Assembly (NCBI GenBank): GCA_947054505.1 | Contig: CAMRWU010000010.1 | Location: 1,893-65,892, forward strand | Reading direction: 5' to 3' | Source: an uncultured Pseudomonadota bacterium | Lineage (GTDB): Bacteria; Pseudomonadota; Alphaproteobacteria; RF32; CAG-239 | DNA length: 64,000 nucleotides | Shown here: piece after piece, positions 1 to 11,309 of the stretch | How positions within the stretch are numbered: the first letter of the stretch is position 1 | Layout of the letters: every line of letters starts with the position of its first letter | The notes under the pieces: generated by a model | The model's database searches: none | What the model saw: only the letters and a program-made list of their open reading frames with translations | What the model was told of the DNA's origin: nothing | Translations under genes and position numbers: made by a program

Positions 1-1
1 C

Positions 2-109
2 ATTAAGAAACTCTCTTCAGTTCAGTTGCCGATGCCTGCCGGTTTGAAAAAAGTTGATGAACCTGTTGCAGTTAAAGCTGAGGCTGAAGCTCCAGCTGAT
101 AATGCATAG
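2..109 (+). CDS. rplC: 3' end of 50S ribosomal protein L3 (partial, runs off window start)
   Basis: Open frame IKKLSSVQLPMPAGLKK...APADNA* ending at TAG 107-109, directly upstream of rplD; identity inferred mainly from S10-operon gene order. Confidence 0.6.
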   Translation: MKKLSSVQLPMPAGLKKVDEPVAVKAEAEAPADNA

Positions 110-126
110 TATAAAGGATTGAAATT

Positions 127-747
127 ATGAAACAGGACATCTTGAATTTAGATAATAAAAATGTTGGTTCTATCGAACTCGACGAATCGATTTTCGGTTT
201 GGAAGTTCGTCCTGACATTTTACACCGTGTTGTTACCTGGCAATTGGCCAGATTGCAGTCCGGCAACCACAAAACCAAAGGTCGCTCTGAAGTTGCTTTG
301 ACACCGGCTAAGCCGTTCAAGCAAAAAGGCGGCGGTCGCGCTCGTCAGGGTTCTCGCAAGGGTACTCAGTTCCGTAAGGGTGGCGTTGTTTTTGGTCCGG
401 TTGTTCGTGATCATTCTCATGAGCTGACCAAAAAGTTCAGAAAGCTCGGTTTGAAGACTGCTCTTTCTGCTAAAGCCAAAGAAGGTAATTTGGTTATTGT
501 TGATGAAGCAAAACTGTCTGCTCCGAAAACTAAAGATTTGCAAAACAAATTGGTAGCTTGCGGTTTGACAAACAGCTTGTTCATTGACGGTAAAGAAGTT
601 GACGTTAATTTTGCATTAGCAACCAGAAATATCATTGGTGTTGACGTTTTGCCGACTATCGGTGCCAACGTTTATGACATCTTGAGAAAAGACAAACTCG
701 TGTTGACTAAAGATGCAGTTGTTTGCTTGGGAGAGAGATTGAAATGA
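127..747 (+). CDS. rplD: 50S ribosomal protein L4
   Basis: Motifs [32 protein letters not shown]; operon order. Confidence 0.98.
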   Translation: MKQDILNLDNKNVGSIELDESIFGLEVRPDILHRVVTWQLARLQSGNHKTKGRSEVALTPAKPFKQKGGGRARQGSRKGTQFRKGGVVFGPVVRDHSHELTKKFRKLGLKTALSAKAKEGNLVIVDEAKLSAPKTKDLQNKLVACGLTNSLFIDGKEVDVNFALATRNIIGVDVLPTIGANVYDILRKDKLVLTKDAVVCLGERLK

Positions 748-1061
748 GCAAATCTAAAAAAACAAACAATGTAACTGCTAAAATGTACGACACTCTCGTA
801 CGTCCGGTTATTACTGAAAAATCTATGATTTCTTCAGAAGCCGGTAAGGTTACTTTTTTAGTTCCTTTGTCTGCTTCAAAAGATGACGTTAAAGCTGCTG
901 TCGAAAGCATTTTCAACGTTACAGTAAACAAGGTAAATACAATTCGTCAATTCGGTAAGGTAAAACGCTTTAGAGGTTATCTCGGACAACGTTCAGATTT
1001 CAAAAAAGCTGTTGTTACGCTTGCTGAAGGCCAAAATATTGATGTTACAACAGGAATTTAA
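744..1061 (+). CDS. rplW: 50S ribosomal protein L23
   Basis: [19 protein letters not shown]; likely start ATG 744 in ATGA overlap with the rplD stop. Confidence 0.97.
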   Translation: MSKSKKTNNVTAKMYDTLVRPVITEKSMISSEAGKVTFLVPLSASKDDVKAAVESIFNVTVNKVNTIRQFGKVKRFRGYLGQRSDFKKAVVTLAEGQNIDVTTGI

Positions 1062-1064
1062 GAC

Positions 1065-1901
1065 ATGGCATTGAAAAATTTTAAGCCCACATCTCCTGGA
1101 CTTCGTCAGCTCGTTATCGTTGACAGAGGCGAGCTCTATAAAGGTAAACCGGAAAAAACTCTGACAATCGGTCTGACAAAAACCGGTGGTCGTGATAACT
1201 TCGGTCACGTTACAAGTCGCAGAATTGGTGGCGGTCATAAACGCAAACTGCGTATTATTGACTTCAAACGCAATAAATTTGACAACGAGGCTACTGTCGA
1301 GAGAATCGAATATGATCCTAACCGTTCAGCTTTCATCGCTTTGATTAGCTATGAAGATGGCGAAAAGGCTTATATTTTGGCTCCGCAAAGACTGAAAGCC
1401 GGCGATAAAGTTATCTCTTCTAACAAAGCAGATATTAAGCCGGGTAATGCTATGCCTCTTAAAAATATGCCGGTCGGTACCATTATCCACAACGTTGAAC
1501 TGCGTGCAGGCAAAGGCGGCCAATTGGTTCGTTCTGCCGGATGTTATGCTCAACTCGTTGGTAAGGATGCCGGTTATGCTCAGTTGAAACTGAACTCCGG
1601 TGAATTAAGGGTTGTTCGTGAAGAGTGCTTGGCTACTGTCGGTGCTGTTTCCAACCCTGACAACCAGAACGTATCACTTGGTAAGGCTGGTCGCAATCGT
1701 TGGCTAGGTAATCGCCCGGTTTCCCGTGGTGTTGCTATGAACCCGGTTGATCACCCGCACGGTGGTGGTGAAGGTCGTACTTCCGGCGGTCGCCATCCGG
1801 TTACTCCTTGGGGTAAACCGACTAAGGGTGCTAAAACTCGTACTAATAAAAAGACGGATAAATTCATTATGAGAAGCCGTCATGACAACAAAAAGAAATA
1901 A
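1065..1901 (+). CDS. rplB: 50S ribosomal protein L2
   Basis: [25 protein letters not shown]. Confidence 0.99.
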   Translation: MALKNFKPTSPGLRQLVIVDRGELYKGKPEKTLTIGLTKTGGRDNFGHVTSRRIGGGHKRKLRIIDFKRNKFDNEATVERIEYDPNRSAFIALISYEDGEKAYILAPQRLKAGDKVISSNKADIKPGNAMPLKNMPVGTIIHNVELRAGKGGQLVRSAGCYAQLVGKDAGYAQLKLNSGELRVVREECLATVGAVSNPDNQNVSLGKAGRNRWLGNRPVSRGVAMNPVDHPHGGGEGRTSGGRHPVTPWGKPTKGAKTRTNKKTDKFIMRSRHDNKKK

Positions 1902-1913
1902 GGAGAAACGCTA

Positions 1914-2192
1914 ATGACACGTTCCGTATGGAAAGGGCCGTTTGTTGATGGCTATCTTCTCAAAAAAGCTGAAGCAGCTAGAGCTTCCAGCCGTAATGAA
2001 GTGATTAAAATCTGGTCACGTCGTTCTACAATGTTGCCGCAGTTCGTCGGATTGACTTTCGGCGTTCACAACGGTCACAAATTTATCCCTGTATTGGTTA
2101 CTGAGGATATGGTTGGACACAAGTTTGGCGAGTTTGCTCCGACACGTACATTCTACGGTCACGCTGCAGACAAAAAGGCTAAGAGAGGTTAA
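1914..2192 (+). CDS. rpsS: 30S ribosomal protein S19
   Basis: [23 protein letters not shown]. Confidence 0.99.
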   Translation: MTRSVWKGPFVDGYLLKKAEAARASSRNEVIKIWSRRSTMLPQFVGLTFGVHNGHKFIPVLVTEDMVGHKFGEFAPTRTFYGHAADKKAKRG

Positions 2193-2569
2193 TGATGAGT
2201 AAAGCTAAAGATGCAAGAAGAGTAGAAGCAAATGAAGCTTTGGCTGTTTGCCATTCTATTCGCACCAGCCCTCGCAAGCTGAATCTGGTAGCTCAGTCAA
2301 TTCGCGGTTTATCAGCCTCTAAGGCTATTGCTGAATTGAGCTTCTCTAAAAAGAGAATTGCAAAAGTTGCTTTGAGCGTTTTGCAGTCAGCTATCGCCAA
2401 TGCTGAAAACAATCACCAGTTGAACATCGATAAGCTTTTTGTTAAAGAAGCTTTCGTGGGCAAGGGTTTGGTAATGAAACGTATGCACGCTCGCGGTCGC
2501 GGCAGAGGGGCTAGAGTTTTGAAGCCTTTCTCTAACATGACTATCGTCGTTGCAGAGTGCGGGGAGTAA
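2192..2569 (+). CDS. rplV: 50S ribosomal protein L22
   Basis: [25 protein letters not shown]. Confidence 0.98.
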   Translation: MMSKAKDARRVEANEALAVCHSIRTSPRKLNLVAQSIRGLSASKAIAELSFSKKRIAKVALSVLQSAIANAENNHQLNIDKLFVKEAFVGKGLVMKRMHARGRGRGARVLKPFSNMTIVVAECGE

Positions 2570-2574
2570 ATTAA

Positions 2575-3246
2575 ATGGGACAGAAAGTAAATCCTATCAG
2601 TCTTCGTTTGGGAGTTAACCGTACTTGGGATTCTCGTTGGTATGCCGACGATGAAAAATACGCTGACTATCTCCTTGAAGACGTCAAAATCAAAGAATTC
2701 TTGAAAGAGAAATTGGCTCAGGCTGGTATCAGCAGAATCGTTATTGAACGTCCTGCTAAAAAAGCCAGAGTTACAATTCACTCTGCAAGACCGGGGGTTG
2801 TAATTGGTAAAAAAGGTCAGGATATTGAAAATCTCCGTAAGGAAATTCAGAAATTGACTGACTCTGAAGTTCAATTGAACATCTTGGAAGTTAGAAAACC
2901 GGAGCTTGATGCAAAATTAGTTGCAGACAGTGTTGCTCAGCAGTTGGAACGCCGTGTTGCTTTCCGTCGTGCTATGAAACGCGTTATGCAGTCAGCTTTG
3001 CGTTTGGGTGCTGAAGGTATTAAGGTTAGCTGTTCAGGCCGTTTGGGCGGTGCTGAAATCGCTAGAACAGAATACTATCGTGAAGGTCGCGTGCCTTTGC
3101 ACACTCTGCGTGCTGACATTGATTATGCAACCTCTACGGCTCACACAACTTATGGTGCTTGTGGCGTTAAGGTGTGGATCTATAAAGGCGAAATTATGGC
3201 TCACGATCCAATGGCACAAGACAAGAAGTTGGCTGAACAAAAATAA
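2575..3246 (+). CDS. rpsC: 30S ribosomal protein S3
   Basis: [21 protein letters not shown]. Confidence 0.99.
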   Translation: MGQKVNPISLRLGVNRTWDSRWYADDEKYADYLLEDVKIKEFLKEKLAQAGISRIVIERPAKKARVTIHSARPGVVIGKKGQDIENLRKEIQKLTDSEVQLNILEVRKPELDAKLVADSVAQQLERRVAFRRAMKRVMQSALRLGAEGIKVSCSGRLGGAEIARTEYYREGRVPLHTLRADIDYATSTAHTTYGACGVKVWIYKGEIMAHDPMAQDKKLAEQK

Positions 3247-3263
3247 GAGTGAGGTTTTAGAAA

Positions 3264-3692
3264 ATGTTAAGTCCAAAAAGATTAAAGTTCCGCAAGCAGC
3301 ATAAAGGCCGTATTCACGGTGATGCTAAAGGCGGTTACAGCTTGAGCTTTGGTTCATATGGTCTGAAAGCTTTGTCTCCGGAACGCATTACAGCTCGCCA
3401 GATTGAGGCAGCTCGTCGTGCTATCACTCGTGAGATGAAGAGAGCAGGTCAGTTGTGGATCCGTATTTTCCCAGACGTACCGGTTTCTGATAAACCAGCC
3501 GAAGTTCGTATGGGTAAAGGTAAAGGTTCTGTTGAGTTCTGGGTAGCTCGCGTTCATCCGGGTCGTATCATGTTTGAATGTGACGGTGTTGATGAGGCGG
3601 TTGCGCGTTCAGCGTTTGCGTTGGGTGCTGCAAAGCTTCCGGTTAAGACCAAGTTCGTTAAAAGATTGAATTCAGAGCAAGGAGCAGAATAA
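3264..3692 (+). CDS. rplP: 50S ribosomal protein L16
   Basis: [24 protein letters not shown]. Confidence 0.99.
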   Translation: MLSPKRLKFRKQHKGRIHGDAKGGYSLSFGSYGLKALSPERITARQIEAARRAITREMKRAGQLWIRIFPDVPVSDKPAEVRMGKGKGSVEFWVARVHPGRIMFECDGVDEAVARSAFALGAAKLPVKTKFVKRLNSEQGAE

Positions 3693-3889
3693 TGGTAAAA
3701 ACTAAAGATCTTCGTGCTATGAGTATTGATGAGCTTGAAGCTAAATTGATCGAATGCAAAAAAGAACAATTTAACTTAAGAGTACAACAATCCACTGGAC
3801 AATTGCAAAATACTGCGGTATTAAGAAGCGTCCGTCGTGAAGTAGCAAAAATCAACACGCTCATTGCTGAGCGCAAGAAGAATAGTTAG
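3692..3889 (+). CDS. rpmC: 50S ribosomal protein L29
   Basis: [17 protein letters not shown]; operon order. Confidence 0.97.
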   Translation: MVKTKDLRAMSIDELEAKLIECKKEQFNLRVQQSTGQLQNTAVLRSVRREVAKINTLIAERKKNS

Positions 3890-3900
3890 GAGAAAAGACT

Positions 3901-4137
3901 ATGCCTAAAAGAATTCTTCAAGGTGTTGTTGTTAGTGATAAACAGGACAAGACAGTTGTCGTTAGTGTAGAACGTCAAGTTATGCACCCTGTTTATAAGA
4001 AATTCATCAAGAAGAGCAAAAAATATGCCGCTCATGATGAAAACAATCAGTTCAAAGTCGGCGATATTGTACGTATTCAAGAATCCGTACCTTATTCAAA
4101 GACCAAATGCTGGACTGTGATCGTTGATAACGCCTAG
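3901..4137 (+). CDS. rpsQ: 30S ribosomal protein S17
   Basis: [24 protein letters not shown]. Confidence 0.98.
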   Translation: MPKRILQGVVVSDKQDKTVVVSVERQVMHPVYKKFIKKSKKYAAHDENNQFKVGDIVRIQESVPYSKTKCWTVIVDNA

Positions 4138-4174
4138 GAGTTAACTGTTTTTGCTGATGGGGGCGATTTAGGGG

Positions 4175-4203
4175 TTGCCAGACGTGTAATTTTCTGGTAT
4201 AAC
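4175..4203 (+). promoter_or_regulatory. sigma70-type promoter of the spc operon
   Basis: TTGCCA (4175-4180), 17 bp, TATAAC (4198-4203), followed by GC-rich sequence, upstream of rplN. Confidence 0.75.
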
Positions 4204-4261
4204 TCTCCGGTCGCTCCTGCAAAGCAGGGACAGAAACTAAAATAAGAAAAGGAATTAAAAA

Positions 4262-4630
4262 ATGATACAGATGCAAACCAACCTAGATGTAGCCGACAAT
4301 TCTGGCGCGCGTCAGGTGCAGTGCATTAAAGTTCTTGGCGGGTCCAAGAGAATGCATGCTTCTGTTGGCGACGTTATTGTAGTGTCCGTTAAAGATGCTA
4401 TTCCAAAGGGTCGTGTTAAGAAGGGGGATGTTTTGAAGGCTGTTATTGTTCGTACAGCTTCTGACATCAGACGCAAAGACGGATCAGTTATCCGTTTTGA
4501 TAAAAACGCTGCAGTTCTTATCAATAAGGACGGCGAGCCTATCGGTACTCGTATCTTCGGCCCCGTTACCAGAGAATTGCGTGCAAAGAAATTTATGAAA
4601 ATTATTTCATTAGCACCGGAGGTATTATAA
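4262..4630 (+). CDS. rplN: 50S ribosomal protein L14
   Basis: [20 protein letters not shown]. Confidence 0.99.
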   Translation: MIQMQTNLDVADNSGARQVQCIKVLGGSKRMHASVGDVIVVSVKDAIPKGRVKKGDVLKAVIVRTASDIRRKDGSVIRFDKNAAVLINKDGEPIGTRIFGPVTRELRAKKFMKIISLAPEVL

Positions 4631-4947
4631 TGCCTAAATTGAAAATTAAAAAGGGTGACCAAGTTATCGTGTTGTCTGGTGACGACAAGGGTAAAACTGG
4701 TGAAGTAGTAAAATCAATGCCGAAAGAGGGTAAAGTGGTTGTTCAGGGTGTCAATTTGGTTAAAAGACACACTAAACCCAGCCAGACAACTCCGGGCGGT
4801 ATTGTTACTAAAGAAGCGCCGATTAATGTTTCCAACGTAGCCGTTGTTGATCCGAAATCCGGTAAAGCAACAAAAATCGGTTATAAAGAAGTTAACGGAA
4901 GCAAAGTGCGCGTTGCTCGCAAATCCGGTGAAGTAATCGATAAATAG
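4630..4947 (+). CDS. rplX: 50S ribosomal protein L24
   Basis: [20 protein letters not shown] (KOW motif), EAPINVSNV. Confidence 0.98.
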   Translation: MPKLKIKKGDQVIVLSGDDKGKTGEVVKSMPKEGKVVVQGVNLVKRHTKPSQTTPGGIVTKEAPINVSNVAVVDPKSGKATKIGYKEVNGSKVRVARKSGEVIDK

Positions 4948-4958
4948 GAGAAAAATTT

Positions 4959-5498
4959 ATGGCAAATTTTGAAAACCTTTACAATGAGGTCATAAAAAAA
5001 TCTCTTGTGGAAAAATTCGGTTACACCAACCCACATGAGATTCCGAAGTTGACTAAAATTGTTCTGAACATCGGTGTTGGCGATGCCGTTACCGATAAGA
5101 AAAAACTGAACAATGCTGTTGACGAATTGGCTTTGATCGCCGGTCAAAAACCGGTTGTTACCAAAGCTCGTAAGTCTATCGCAACTTTCAAATTAAGAGA
5201 AGGCATGCCGATTGGTTGCAAGGTTACTCTGCGTTCTACAAGAATGTATGAATTCCTTGAAAGATTGATCAATATGGCTTTGCCGCGCGTCAGAGACTTC
5301 CATGGTATTAGCGGCAAGAACTTTGACGGCAAAGGTAATTTTGCTTTCGGTATCAAAGAACAGATTATCTTCCCTGAAATCAACTATGATAAAGTTGAAA
5401 ACATTCGCGGTATGGACATCTGCATTTGTACTTCTGCAAAGACTGACGAAGAAGCTAAGGCTCTTCTGACCGGCTTTAACCTTCCTTACAAGAAATAA
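4959..5498 (+). CDS. rplE: 50S ribosomal protein L5
   Basis: [22 protein letters not shown]. Confidence 0.99.
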   Translation: MANFENLYNEVIKKSLVEKFGYTNPHEIPKLTKIVLNIGVGDAVTDKKKLNNAVDELALIAGQKPVVTKARKSIATFKLREGMPIGCKVTLRSTRMYEFLERLINMALPRVRDFHGISGKNFDGKGNFAFGIKEQIIFPEINYDKVENIRGMDICICTSAKTDEEAKALLTGFNLPYKK

Positions 5499-5513
5499 GC
5501 GGAGATTTAAACT

Positions 5514-5819
5514 ATGGCAAAAACAAGTTCAGTTTACAGAAACTTGAAAAGAGCTAAAATGGCCGAGAAGTTTGCTTCCCGCCGTAACAAGCTCAAAAAG
5601 ATAGTTATGGATAAAACAATCTCTCCGGAAGAGAGATTCCAAGCTACTTTGAAATTGGCCGAGATGCCGCGCAATTCTGCAAAAATCAGATTTAGAAATC
5701 GTTGCAAATTGACAGGTCGTTCTCGTGGTGTATATCGGAAATTCGGTCTGGCTCGTGTTGAATTGAGAGACATGGCTAGCTTCGGTGAAATTCCGGGTTT
5801 GGTTAAATCAAGCTGGTAG
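5514..5819 (+). CDS. rpsN: 30S ribosomal protein S14 (long, non-zinc type)
   Basis: RNRCKLTGRSRGVYRKFGL, GEIPGLVKSSW; 101 aa, no CxxC pairs. Confidence 0.98.
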   Translation: MAKTSSVYRNLKRAKMAEKFASRRNKLKKIVMDKTISPEERFQATLKLAEMPRNSAKIRFRNRCKLTGRSRGVYRKFGLARVELRDMASFGEIPGLVKSSW

Positions 5820-5831
5820 GAGATAAAGATA

Positions 5832-6230
5832 ATGTCTATGTCTGATCCTTTGGGCGATATGCTCACACGCATTAGAAACGCACAAAGAGCAAAGAAGAGT
5901 GAAGTCGTATCACCTGCTTCTCGCTTGCGTGAAAATGTTTTGGAAGTTCTGAAGAAAGAAGGCTATATTGGCGGTTATGAACGTGTAAATGTTCGCCAAG
6001 GCGTTGATGAACTTCGTATTCAATTGAAGTATCATGAAGGTACTTCCGTAATTACTGAAATCTACCGTGTTTCTACTCCGGGTCGTCGCGTTTATTCGAG
6101 CGTTAAAGATTTGCCGAGAGTTTATAACGGTCTTGGTATTTCCATTATTTCTACACCGAGTGGTGTTATGAGCGATAACGAAGCTCGTAAAGCCAATGTC
6201 GGCGGCGAAATTTTGTGCCAGGTATTTTAA
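5832..6230 (+). CDS. rpsH: 30S ribosomal protein S8
   Basis: [30 protein letters not shown]. Confidence 0.99.
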   Translation: MSMSDPLGDMLTRIRNAQRAKKSEVVSPASRLRENVLEVLKKEGYIGGYERVNVRQGVDELRIQLKYHEGTSVITEIYRVSTPGRRVYSSVKDLPRVYNGLGISIISTPSGVMSDNEARKANVGGEILCQVF

Positions 6231-6242
6231 GGGAGAAAATGG

Positions 6243-6782
6243 ATGTCTAGAGTTGGTAAATATCCGGTTATCGTCCCCGAAGGTGTTACGGTTTCCATTA
6301 ACGGCAATTTGGTTACAGCTAAAGGTAAATTGGGCGAATTGAGCCACAGTTTCGATGCTGATCATGTTACCGTTGAAATGAGTGAAAACAAGATTGTTGT
6401 TTCTCCTAAAGCTGAGACCAAACAGGCTCGCGCTTTGTGGGGTACAACCAGAGCTAACATTAACGTTCTTGTTAAAGGCGTTCATGATGGCTTTACAAAA
6501 AATTTAGAGTTAGTTGGTGTGGGTTATAAAGCCCGTGTAGAAGGCAGCAACAAACTGGTATTGTCTTTAGGTTTTTCTCACGATGTTCCTGTCGTTGCTC
6601 CTGAAGGTTTGAAAGTTGCATGCCCGTCTCCGACCCAAATCAGCATCTCTGGTGCGGATAAACAACTTGTCGGTCAATTTGCCGCGGAAGTTCGCAAATT
6701 CAGAAAACCTGAGCCTTACAAAGGTAAAGGCGTGAAGTATGAAGGCGAATACATCCGTCGTAAAGAAGGCAAGAAGAAATAA
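6243..6782 (+). CDS. rplF: 50S ribosomal protein L6
   Basis: [17 protein letters not shown]. Confidence 0.99.
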   Translation: MSRVGKYPVIVPEGVTVSINGNLVTAKGKLGELSHSFDADHVTVEMSENKIVVSPKAETKQARALWGTTRANINVLVKGVHDGFTKNLELVGVGYKARVEGSNKLVLSLGFSHDVPVVAPEGLKVACPSPTQISISGADKQLVGQFAAEVRKFRKPEPYKGKGVKYEGEYIRRKEGKKK

Positions 6783-6794
6783 GGATTAAAGTAA

Positions 6795-7157
6795 ATGAAT
6801 ACGCCAAGAGATTTATTTCAGAAAAGAAAAAGTCGCGTCAGATCTGCTTTGAAAAAAGTTGCAAACGGCAAAATGAGATTGTCTGTTTTCCGCAGCGGTA
6901 AGCATATCTATGCGCAAATTATCGACGATGCCAAAGGCGCTACTGTCGTTTCTGCTTCTACTTTGGATAAAGAAGTCAGAGAAAACATCAAAAAGTCTTC
7001 TACAGTTGAAGCAGCAAGCTTCATCGGAAAAGTTGTTGCTGAACGCGCAGTTAAGACCGGTGTTAGCGAAGTTGTCTTTGACAGAGGCGGTTACATCTAT
7101 CACGGTCGTGTTAAGGCTTTGGCTGATGCAGCTCGTGAAGCTGGTTTGAAATTCTAA
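6795..7157 (+). CDS. rplR: 50S ribosomal protein L18
   Basis: [30 protein letters not shown]. Confidence 0.99.
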   Translation: MNTPRDLFQKRKSRVRSALKKVANGKMRLSVFRSGKHIYAQIIDDAKGATVVSASTLDKEVRENIKKSSTVEAASFIGKVVAERAVKTGVSEVVFDRGGYIYHGRVKALADAAREAGLKF

Positions 7158-7167
7158 GGAGATGAAA

Positions 7168-7737
7168 ATGGCACAACAAGTTGCTGATCGTCGTAATAAG
7201 ACAGAAAAGAAAGATGAATTGGTTGAAAAATTAGTTCATATCAACCGTGTTGCCAAGACCGTTAAAGGCGGACGCACAATGTCATTTGCTGCCGTTGTCG
7301 TTGTTGGTGACCAGAAAGGCCGCGTTGGTTATGGTACAGGTAAGGCTTCTGAAGTTCCTGAAGCTATTACTAAAGCTACTAACGAAGCAAAAAAGAATAT
7401 GGTTCGCATTCCGCTTCGCGAAGGCAGAACACTGCATCATGATATTGCCGGTCGTTTTGGTGCCGGTAAGGTATTCTTGAGAACAGCTCCTGCCGGTACC
7501 GGTGTTATTGCCGGTGGTCCGATGCGCGCAATCTTTGAAGTTCTGGGTGTTCAGGACGTCGTTGCTAAGTCAATGGGTTCTAACAATCCGTACAACATGA
7601 TTAAAGCGACATTTAATGCTTTGGAAGCTATCAATTCTCCGCGCATGGTTGCTGCTAAACGCGGCAAAAAAGTCGGTGATATTGTTAGCCGTCGTGAAAA
7701 TACCGCTAATGCCAAAATGGCTATCGAGGAGGCTTAA
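7168..7737 (+). CDS. rpsE: 30S ribosomal protein S5
   Basis: [21 protein letters not shown]; start chosen after the AAGGAG ribosome-binding site. Confidence 0.98.
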   Translation: MAQQVADRRNKTEKKDELVEKLVHINRVAKTVKGGRTMSFAAVVVVGDQKGRVGYGTGKASEVPEAITKATNEAKKNMVRIPLREGRTLHHDIAGRFGAGKVFLRTAPAGTGVIAGGPMRAIFEVLGVQDVVAKSMGSNNPYNMIKATFNALEAINSPRMVAAKRGKKVGDIVSRRENTANAKMAIEEA

Positions 7738-7739
7738 TC

Positions 7740-7928
7740 ATGGCTACAAAGAAAACTATTAAAGTTACCCAAATCGGAAGTTCTATCGGACGTCCGGAAA
7801 GTCAGAAAGCAACTTTGGTTGGGCTTGGCTTGAACAAGATGCACAAAGTTTCGGTTTTGGAAGATACTCCGGCCGTTCGCGGAATGATCAGAAAGGTGGC
7901 TCACCTCGTTAAGGTTGAAGAAAATTAG
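7740..7928 (+). CDS. rpmD: 50S ribosomal protein L30
   Basis: [23 protein letters not shown]. Confidence 0.98.
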   Translation: MATKKTIKVTQIGSSIGRPESQKATLVGLGLNKMHKVSVLEDTPAVRGMIRKVAHLVKVEEN

Positions 7929-8057
7929 AGATTGCAAAAGGTGTGTCATGCTTGGAATTTTATCGCTCGTGTAACTAGATGTACACAACGCTCTAAAATT
8001 TCGGCGTAGCACACCCCTCTATCAATCTCTTAACTCAAGAATTTTAAGGTGAATAAT

Positions 8058-8516
8058 ATGAAACTTAATGAAATTAAAGATAACGAAGGCGCTAGAAAGT
8101 CTCGCAAACGCGTAGCTCGCGGTATTGGTAGCGGTTCTGGTAAAACCGGCGGGCGTGGTCAAAAAGGTCAGAAGTCTCGCTCCGGTGTTGCTATCAACGG
8201 TTTTGAAGGCGGTCAGATGCCGATTTACCGTCGTTTGCCGAAACGTGGTTTCAAAAATCCGTTTGCTAAAGTTTTTGCAGTCGTTAATTTGGATACAATC
8301 CAGAAGGCTGTTGATGCTGGTAAATTGAACGCTTCAGACATTACAATCGACGCTTTGATGAGTGCCGGTATTGTCAGCAAGAAATTGGACGGTGTCCGTT
8401 TGTTGGCTCGCGGCGCGATTACTTCCAACGTTAACATCAGTGTTAACTCCGCTTCCAAAGCAGCCGTTGCGGCTGTCGAGAAAGCCGGCGGCAAGGTTAA
8501 TGTTGTAGAAGCTTAA
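8058..8516 (+). CDS. rplO: 50S ribosomal protein L15
   Basis: [34 protein letters not shown]. Confidence 0.98.
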   Translation: MKLNEIKDNEGARKSRKRVARGIGSGSGKTGGRGQKGQKSRSGVAINGFEGGQMPIYRRLPKRGFKNPFAKVFAVVNLDTIQKAVDAGKLNASDITIDALMSAGIVSKKLDGVRLLARGAITSNVNISVNSASKAAVAAVEKAGGKVNVVEA

Positions 8517-8532
8517 TTCGAAAACGCTTTTG

Positions 8533-8570
8533 AAAAGGCTGTTTGATTGAAAAGTCAAACAGCTTTTTTT
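8533..8570 (+). terminator. Intrinsic terminator after rplO
   Basis: GCTGTTTGA/TCAAACAGC stem followed by a T7 run. Confidence 0.8.
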
Positions 8571-8693
8571 GTTATTTTTTTAGTTAAATGCATAATTTAG
8601 TTGAATAAAAAATTTTTTAGTGTAAATATTCTAACCAAAGGGACTAAATCGTCCCTCGTTGTTTGTTTTAAATAATAGATTAAGGATGTAAAA

Positions 8694-10043
8694 ATGGTTT
8701 CATTAGCAGAGAAAATGGCTGCGAACTTGGATATGTCAGCCTTCGGTAAAGCTGAAGAACTAAAGAAAAGATTGTGGTTTACCGTTTTGGCTCTGATTGT
8801 GTTCCGCTTGGGCACATTCATTCCGTTGCCAGGGATTGATCCGAAAATTTTGGCTGAAATTTTTGCCAGAAATTCAGGCGGTATCCTTGGTATGTTTAAT
8901 ATGTTTGCCGGTGGTGCGTTGGAACGTATGACCATCTTTGCTTTGAATATTATGCCATATATTTCGGCCTCCATTATCATTCAGCTCGGACAGTCAGTGA
9001 TTCCGTCTTTGCAGGCGCTGAAAAAAGAAGGAGAGGCCGGACATCGTAAGGTTACTCAGTATACGCGTTATTTGACGGTTTTGATTACGATTGTTCAAGG
9101 TTATGGAATCGCCGTCGGTTTGGAAGGAATGACCGGAAGTGCCGGTTTATCCGCCGTGTTGATGCCGGGCTTTATCTTCCGCTTTACAACAATTGTTTCC
9201 TTGGTTGGCGGTACAATGTTTATCGTTTGGTTGGGTGAGCAAATCACAAAACGCGGTGTGGGTAATGGTTCTTCGTTAATCATTACGGTTGGTATTATTG
9301 CTAATATTCCGTCAGCATTGGCTCAGACATTTGAGTTGGGACGTGTCGGTTCGATGTCCGCTCCGGTTATTTTGATGCTGATGGCTATGGTTTTTGCTTT
9401 GATTTACTTGATTGTTTTGGTGGAGCGTGCACAACGCAAAATCACCATTCAATACCCGAAGCGTCAGGTTATGGGCAGAATGGGTGCCAGTGAAAGTTCT
9501 CACTTGCCATTGAAAATTAACCCGACCGGTGTGATTCCTCCGATTTTTGCAAGCTCTCTGTTGTTGTTGCCGATTACAATTGCAAACTTTAGCGCAGAAA
9601 GCGGTCCGGCATGGGTTCAGAATTTGAGCCAGATGTTGAGTCATGGGCAACCTTTGTATTTGGGTTTGTATGCTTTCTTGATTGCATTCTTTGCGTTCTT
9701 CTATACTGCGATTGTTTTTAATCCGGAAGAAACAGCTGACAATCTGAAAAAGCACGGTGGCTTTATTGCCGGTATTCGTCCGGGGAAAAATACTGCTGAA
9801 TATCTGGATTATGTTATTACTCGTTTGACGGTTTTGGGTGCCGTTTACTTGGTCGGTTTGTGCATTTTGCCGGAAGTTCTTATCAGCAAGTTGTCTGTTC
9901 CGTTTGTATTGGGTGGTACAACATTGCTCATCGTTGTGCAAGTGACAATGGATTTTGTTGGTCAGTTACAGTCTCATTTGATTGCTTATCAGTATGAATC
10001 TCTGATTAAAAAAGCATCTTTGGCGAATCGGAAGAAACGTTAA
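8694..10043 (+). CDS. secY: Preprotein translocase subunit SecY
   Basis: IFALNIMPYISASII, WLGEQIT..GVGNG.SL, GVIPPIFASS, IAGIRPG; about 10 hydrophobic segments. Confidence 0.99.
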   Translation: MVSLAEKMAANLDMSAFGKAEELKKRLWFTVLALIVFRLGTFIPLPGIDPKILAEIFARNSGGILGMFNMFAGGALERMTIFALNIMPYISASIIIQLGQSVIPSLQALKKEGEAGHRKVTQYTRYLTVLITIVQGYGIAVGLEGMTGSAGLSAVLMPGFIFRFTTIVSLVGGTMFIVWLGEQITKRGVGNGSSLIITVGIIANIPSALAQTFELGRVGSMSAPVILMLMAMVFALIYLIVLVERAQRKITIQYPKRQVMGRMGASESSHLPLKINPTGVIPPIFASSLLLLPITIANFSAESGPAWVQNLSQMLSHGQPLYLGLYAFLIAFFAFFYTAIVFNPEETADNLKKHGGFIAGIRPGKNTAEYLDYVITRLTVLGAVYLVGLCILPEVLISKLSVPFVLGGTTLLIVVQVTMDFVGQLQSHLIAYQYESLIKKASLANRKKR

Positions 10044-10044
10044 G

Positions 10045-10716
10045 ATGAATAAAAACGGATTAGGTCTGCATATCGTTTTTACCGGAGCTCCCGGTTGTGG
10101 TAAAGGAACTCAGGCGCGCTTGTTGAAAGAACGCGTTGCCATTCCTCATTTGTCAACCGGTGAGATGCTTCGTGCCGAGGCGGCCAAAGGGACACCTTTG
10201 GGGCTTGAGATTAAAGCTTTGATTGATGGTGGTAATCTTGTTTCTGATGAGATGATTATTAAAATGTTGTCTCAACGAATCGATGAGGATGATTGTAAGA
10301 ACGGTTTTATTCTGGATGGTTTTCCTCGGACTTTGCCTCAGGCTGAAGTTTTGGAAGAGATGCTGGCTAAAAAAGGGATAACCCTGGATGCTGTTGTTGA
10401 AATTCAGGTTCCTGATGAAATCATTATGGAGCGAATTTTAGGGCGATATGCTTGTATGTCTTGCGGTCAAGGGTATCATGATAAGTTTCAAAAGCCTAAG
10501 ATGTATGGTGTTTGCGATAATTGCGGCGGAACGGATTTTTATCGGAGAATCGATGATAATCGAGCAACAGTGCAGAATCGTCTGGTCAATTATCGGGCTC
10601 TGACATATCCGACAATTCCTTATTTTGAGCAAAAGGGATTGTTGCGTTGTGTGGATGGTACAGGTTCAATTGCGGCGGTGTCTAAGAAAATTGATGATTT
10701 GTTGGCTGTCGCCTGA
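10045..10716 (+). CDS. adk: Adenylate kinase with Cys4 metal-binding LID
   Basis: GAPGCGKGTQ, HLSTGEMLR, LDGFPR; LID CMSC...CDNC. Confidence 0.98.
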   Translation: MNKNGLGLHIVFTGAPGCGKGTQARLLKERVAIPHLSTGEMLRAEAAKGTPLGLEIKALIDGGNLVSDEMIIKMLSQRIDEDDCKNGFILDGFPRTLPQAEVLEEMLAKKGITLDAVVEIQVPDEIIMERILGRYACMSCGQGYHDKFQKPKMYGVCDNCGGTDFYRRIDDNRATVQNRLVNYRALTYPTIPYFEQKGLLRCVDGTGSIAAVSKKIDDLLAVA

Positions 10717-10829
10717 ATTTTTATGTTTCAATTTTCCGAGTCTTTTGAATGGATTGGGAATAAGAGGTAAGAAAAACGTTAATTTTTTGAAAAAAATGCG
10801 TTTTTTCAGAATTTTTATGAAATCTGAGG

Positions 10830-10857
10830 TTGACACTCGTGAAATTTAGCCTATAAT
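10830..10857 (+). promoter_or_regulatory. sigma70 promoter of the alpha operon
   Basis: TTGACA (10830-35), 16 bp, TATAAT (10852-57), followed by GC-rich CCGGC (stringent-type discriminator). Confidence 0.85.
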
Positions 10858-10927
10858 CCGGCTTAATTTTGAAAAGTGGTGATCAACTTTTTAAATGTAA
10901 TCATAATCTATAAAATGGAGAGTTAAT

Positions 10928-11296
10928 TTGGCTCGTATAGCTGGTGTAAATATTCCAACTGCCAAGAAAATTGAAGTCGCATTGACTTACATCTATGGCA
11001 TTGGTCGCAAAACTGCTCAAGACATTTGTTCCAAATCCGGTATTTCCGGTGAACGCCGTGTTCATGAATTGAGCGATGAAGATGTTGCTAAAATTCGTGA
11101 AGTTATTGACAACGATGTCGTTGTTGAAGGTGAACTCCGCCGTGAGGTTGGCGTTAATATCAAACGCCTGATGGATCTCGGTTGCTACAGAGGCTTGCGC
11201 CATCGTAAAGGCTTGCCGGTACGCGGACAGAGCACAAAACAAAATGCTCGTACCCGTAAAGGTAAACGCAAAACTGTTGCTAATAAGAAGAAATAA
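10928..11296 (+). CDS. rpsM: 30S ribosomal protein S13 (TTG start)
   Basis: [21 protein letters not shown]. Confidence 0.98.
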   Translation: MARIAGVNIPTAKKIEVALTYIYGIGRKTAQDICSKSGISGERRVHELSDEDVAKIREVIDNDVVVEGELRREVGVNIKRLMDLGCYRGLRHRKGLPVRGQSTKQNARTRKGKRKTVANKKK

Positions 11297-11309
11297 GGTA
11301 GGTTGTTAA

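Noticed and set aside
10045-10716. Cys4 LID in adenylate kinase as a novelty
   Set aside because: Metal-binding LIDs are well known, including in some alphaproteobacteria.
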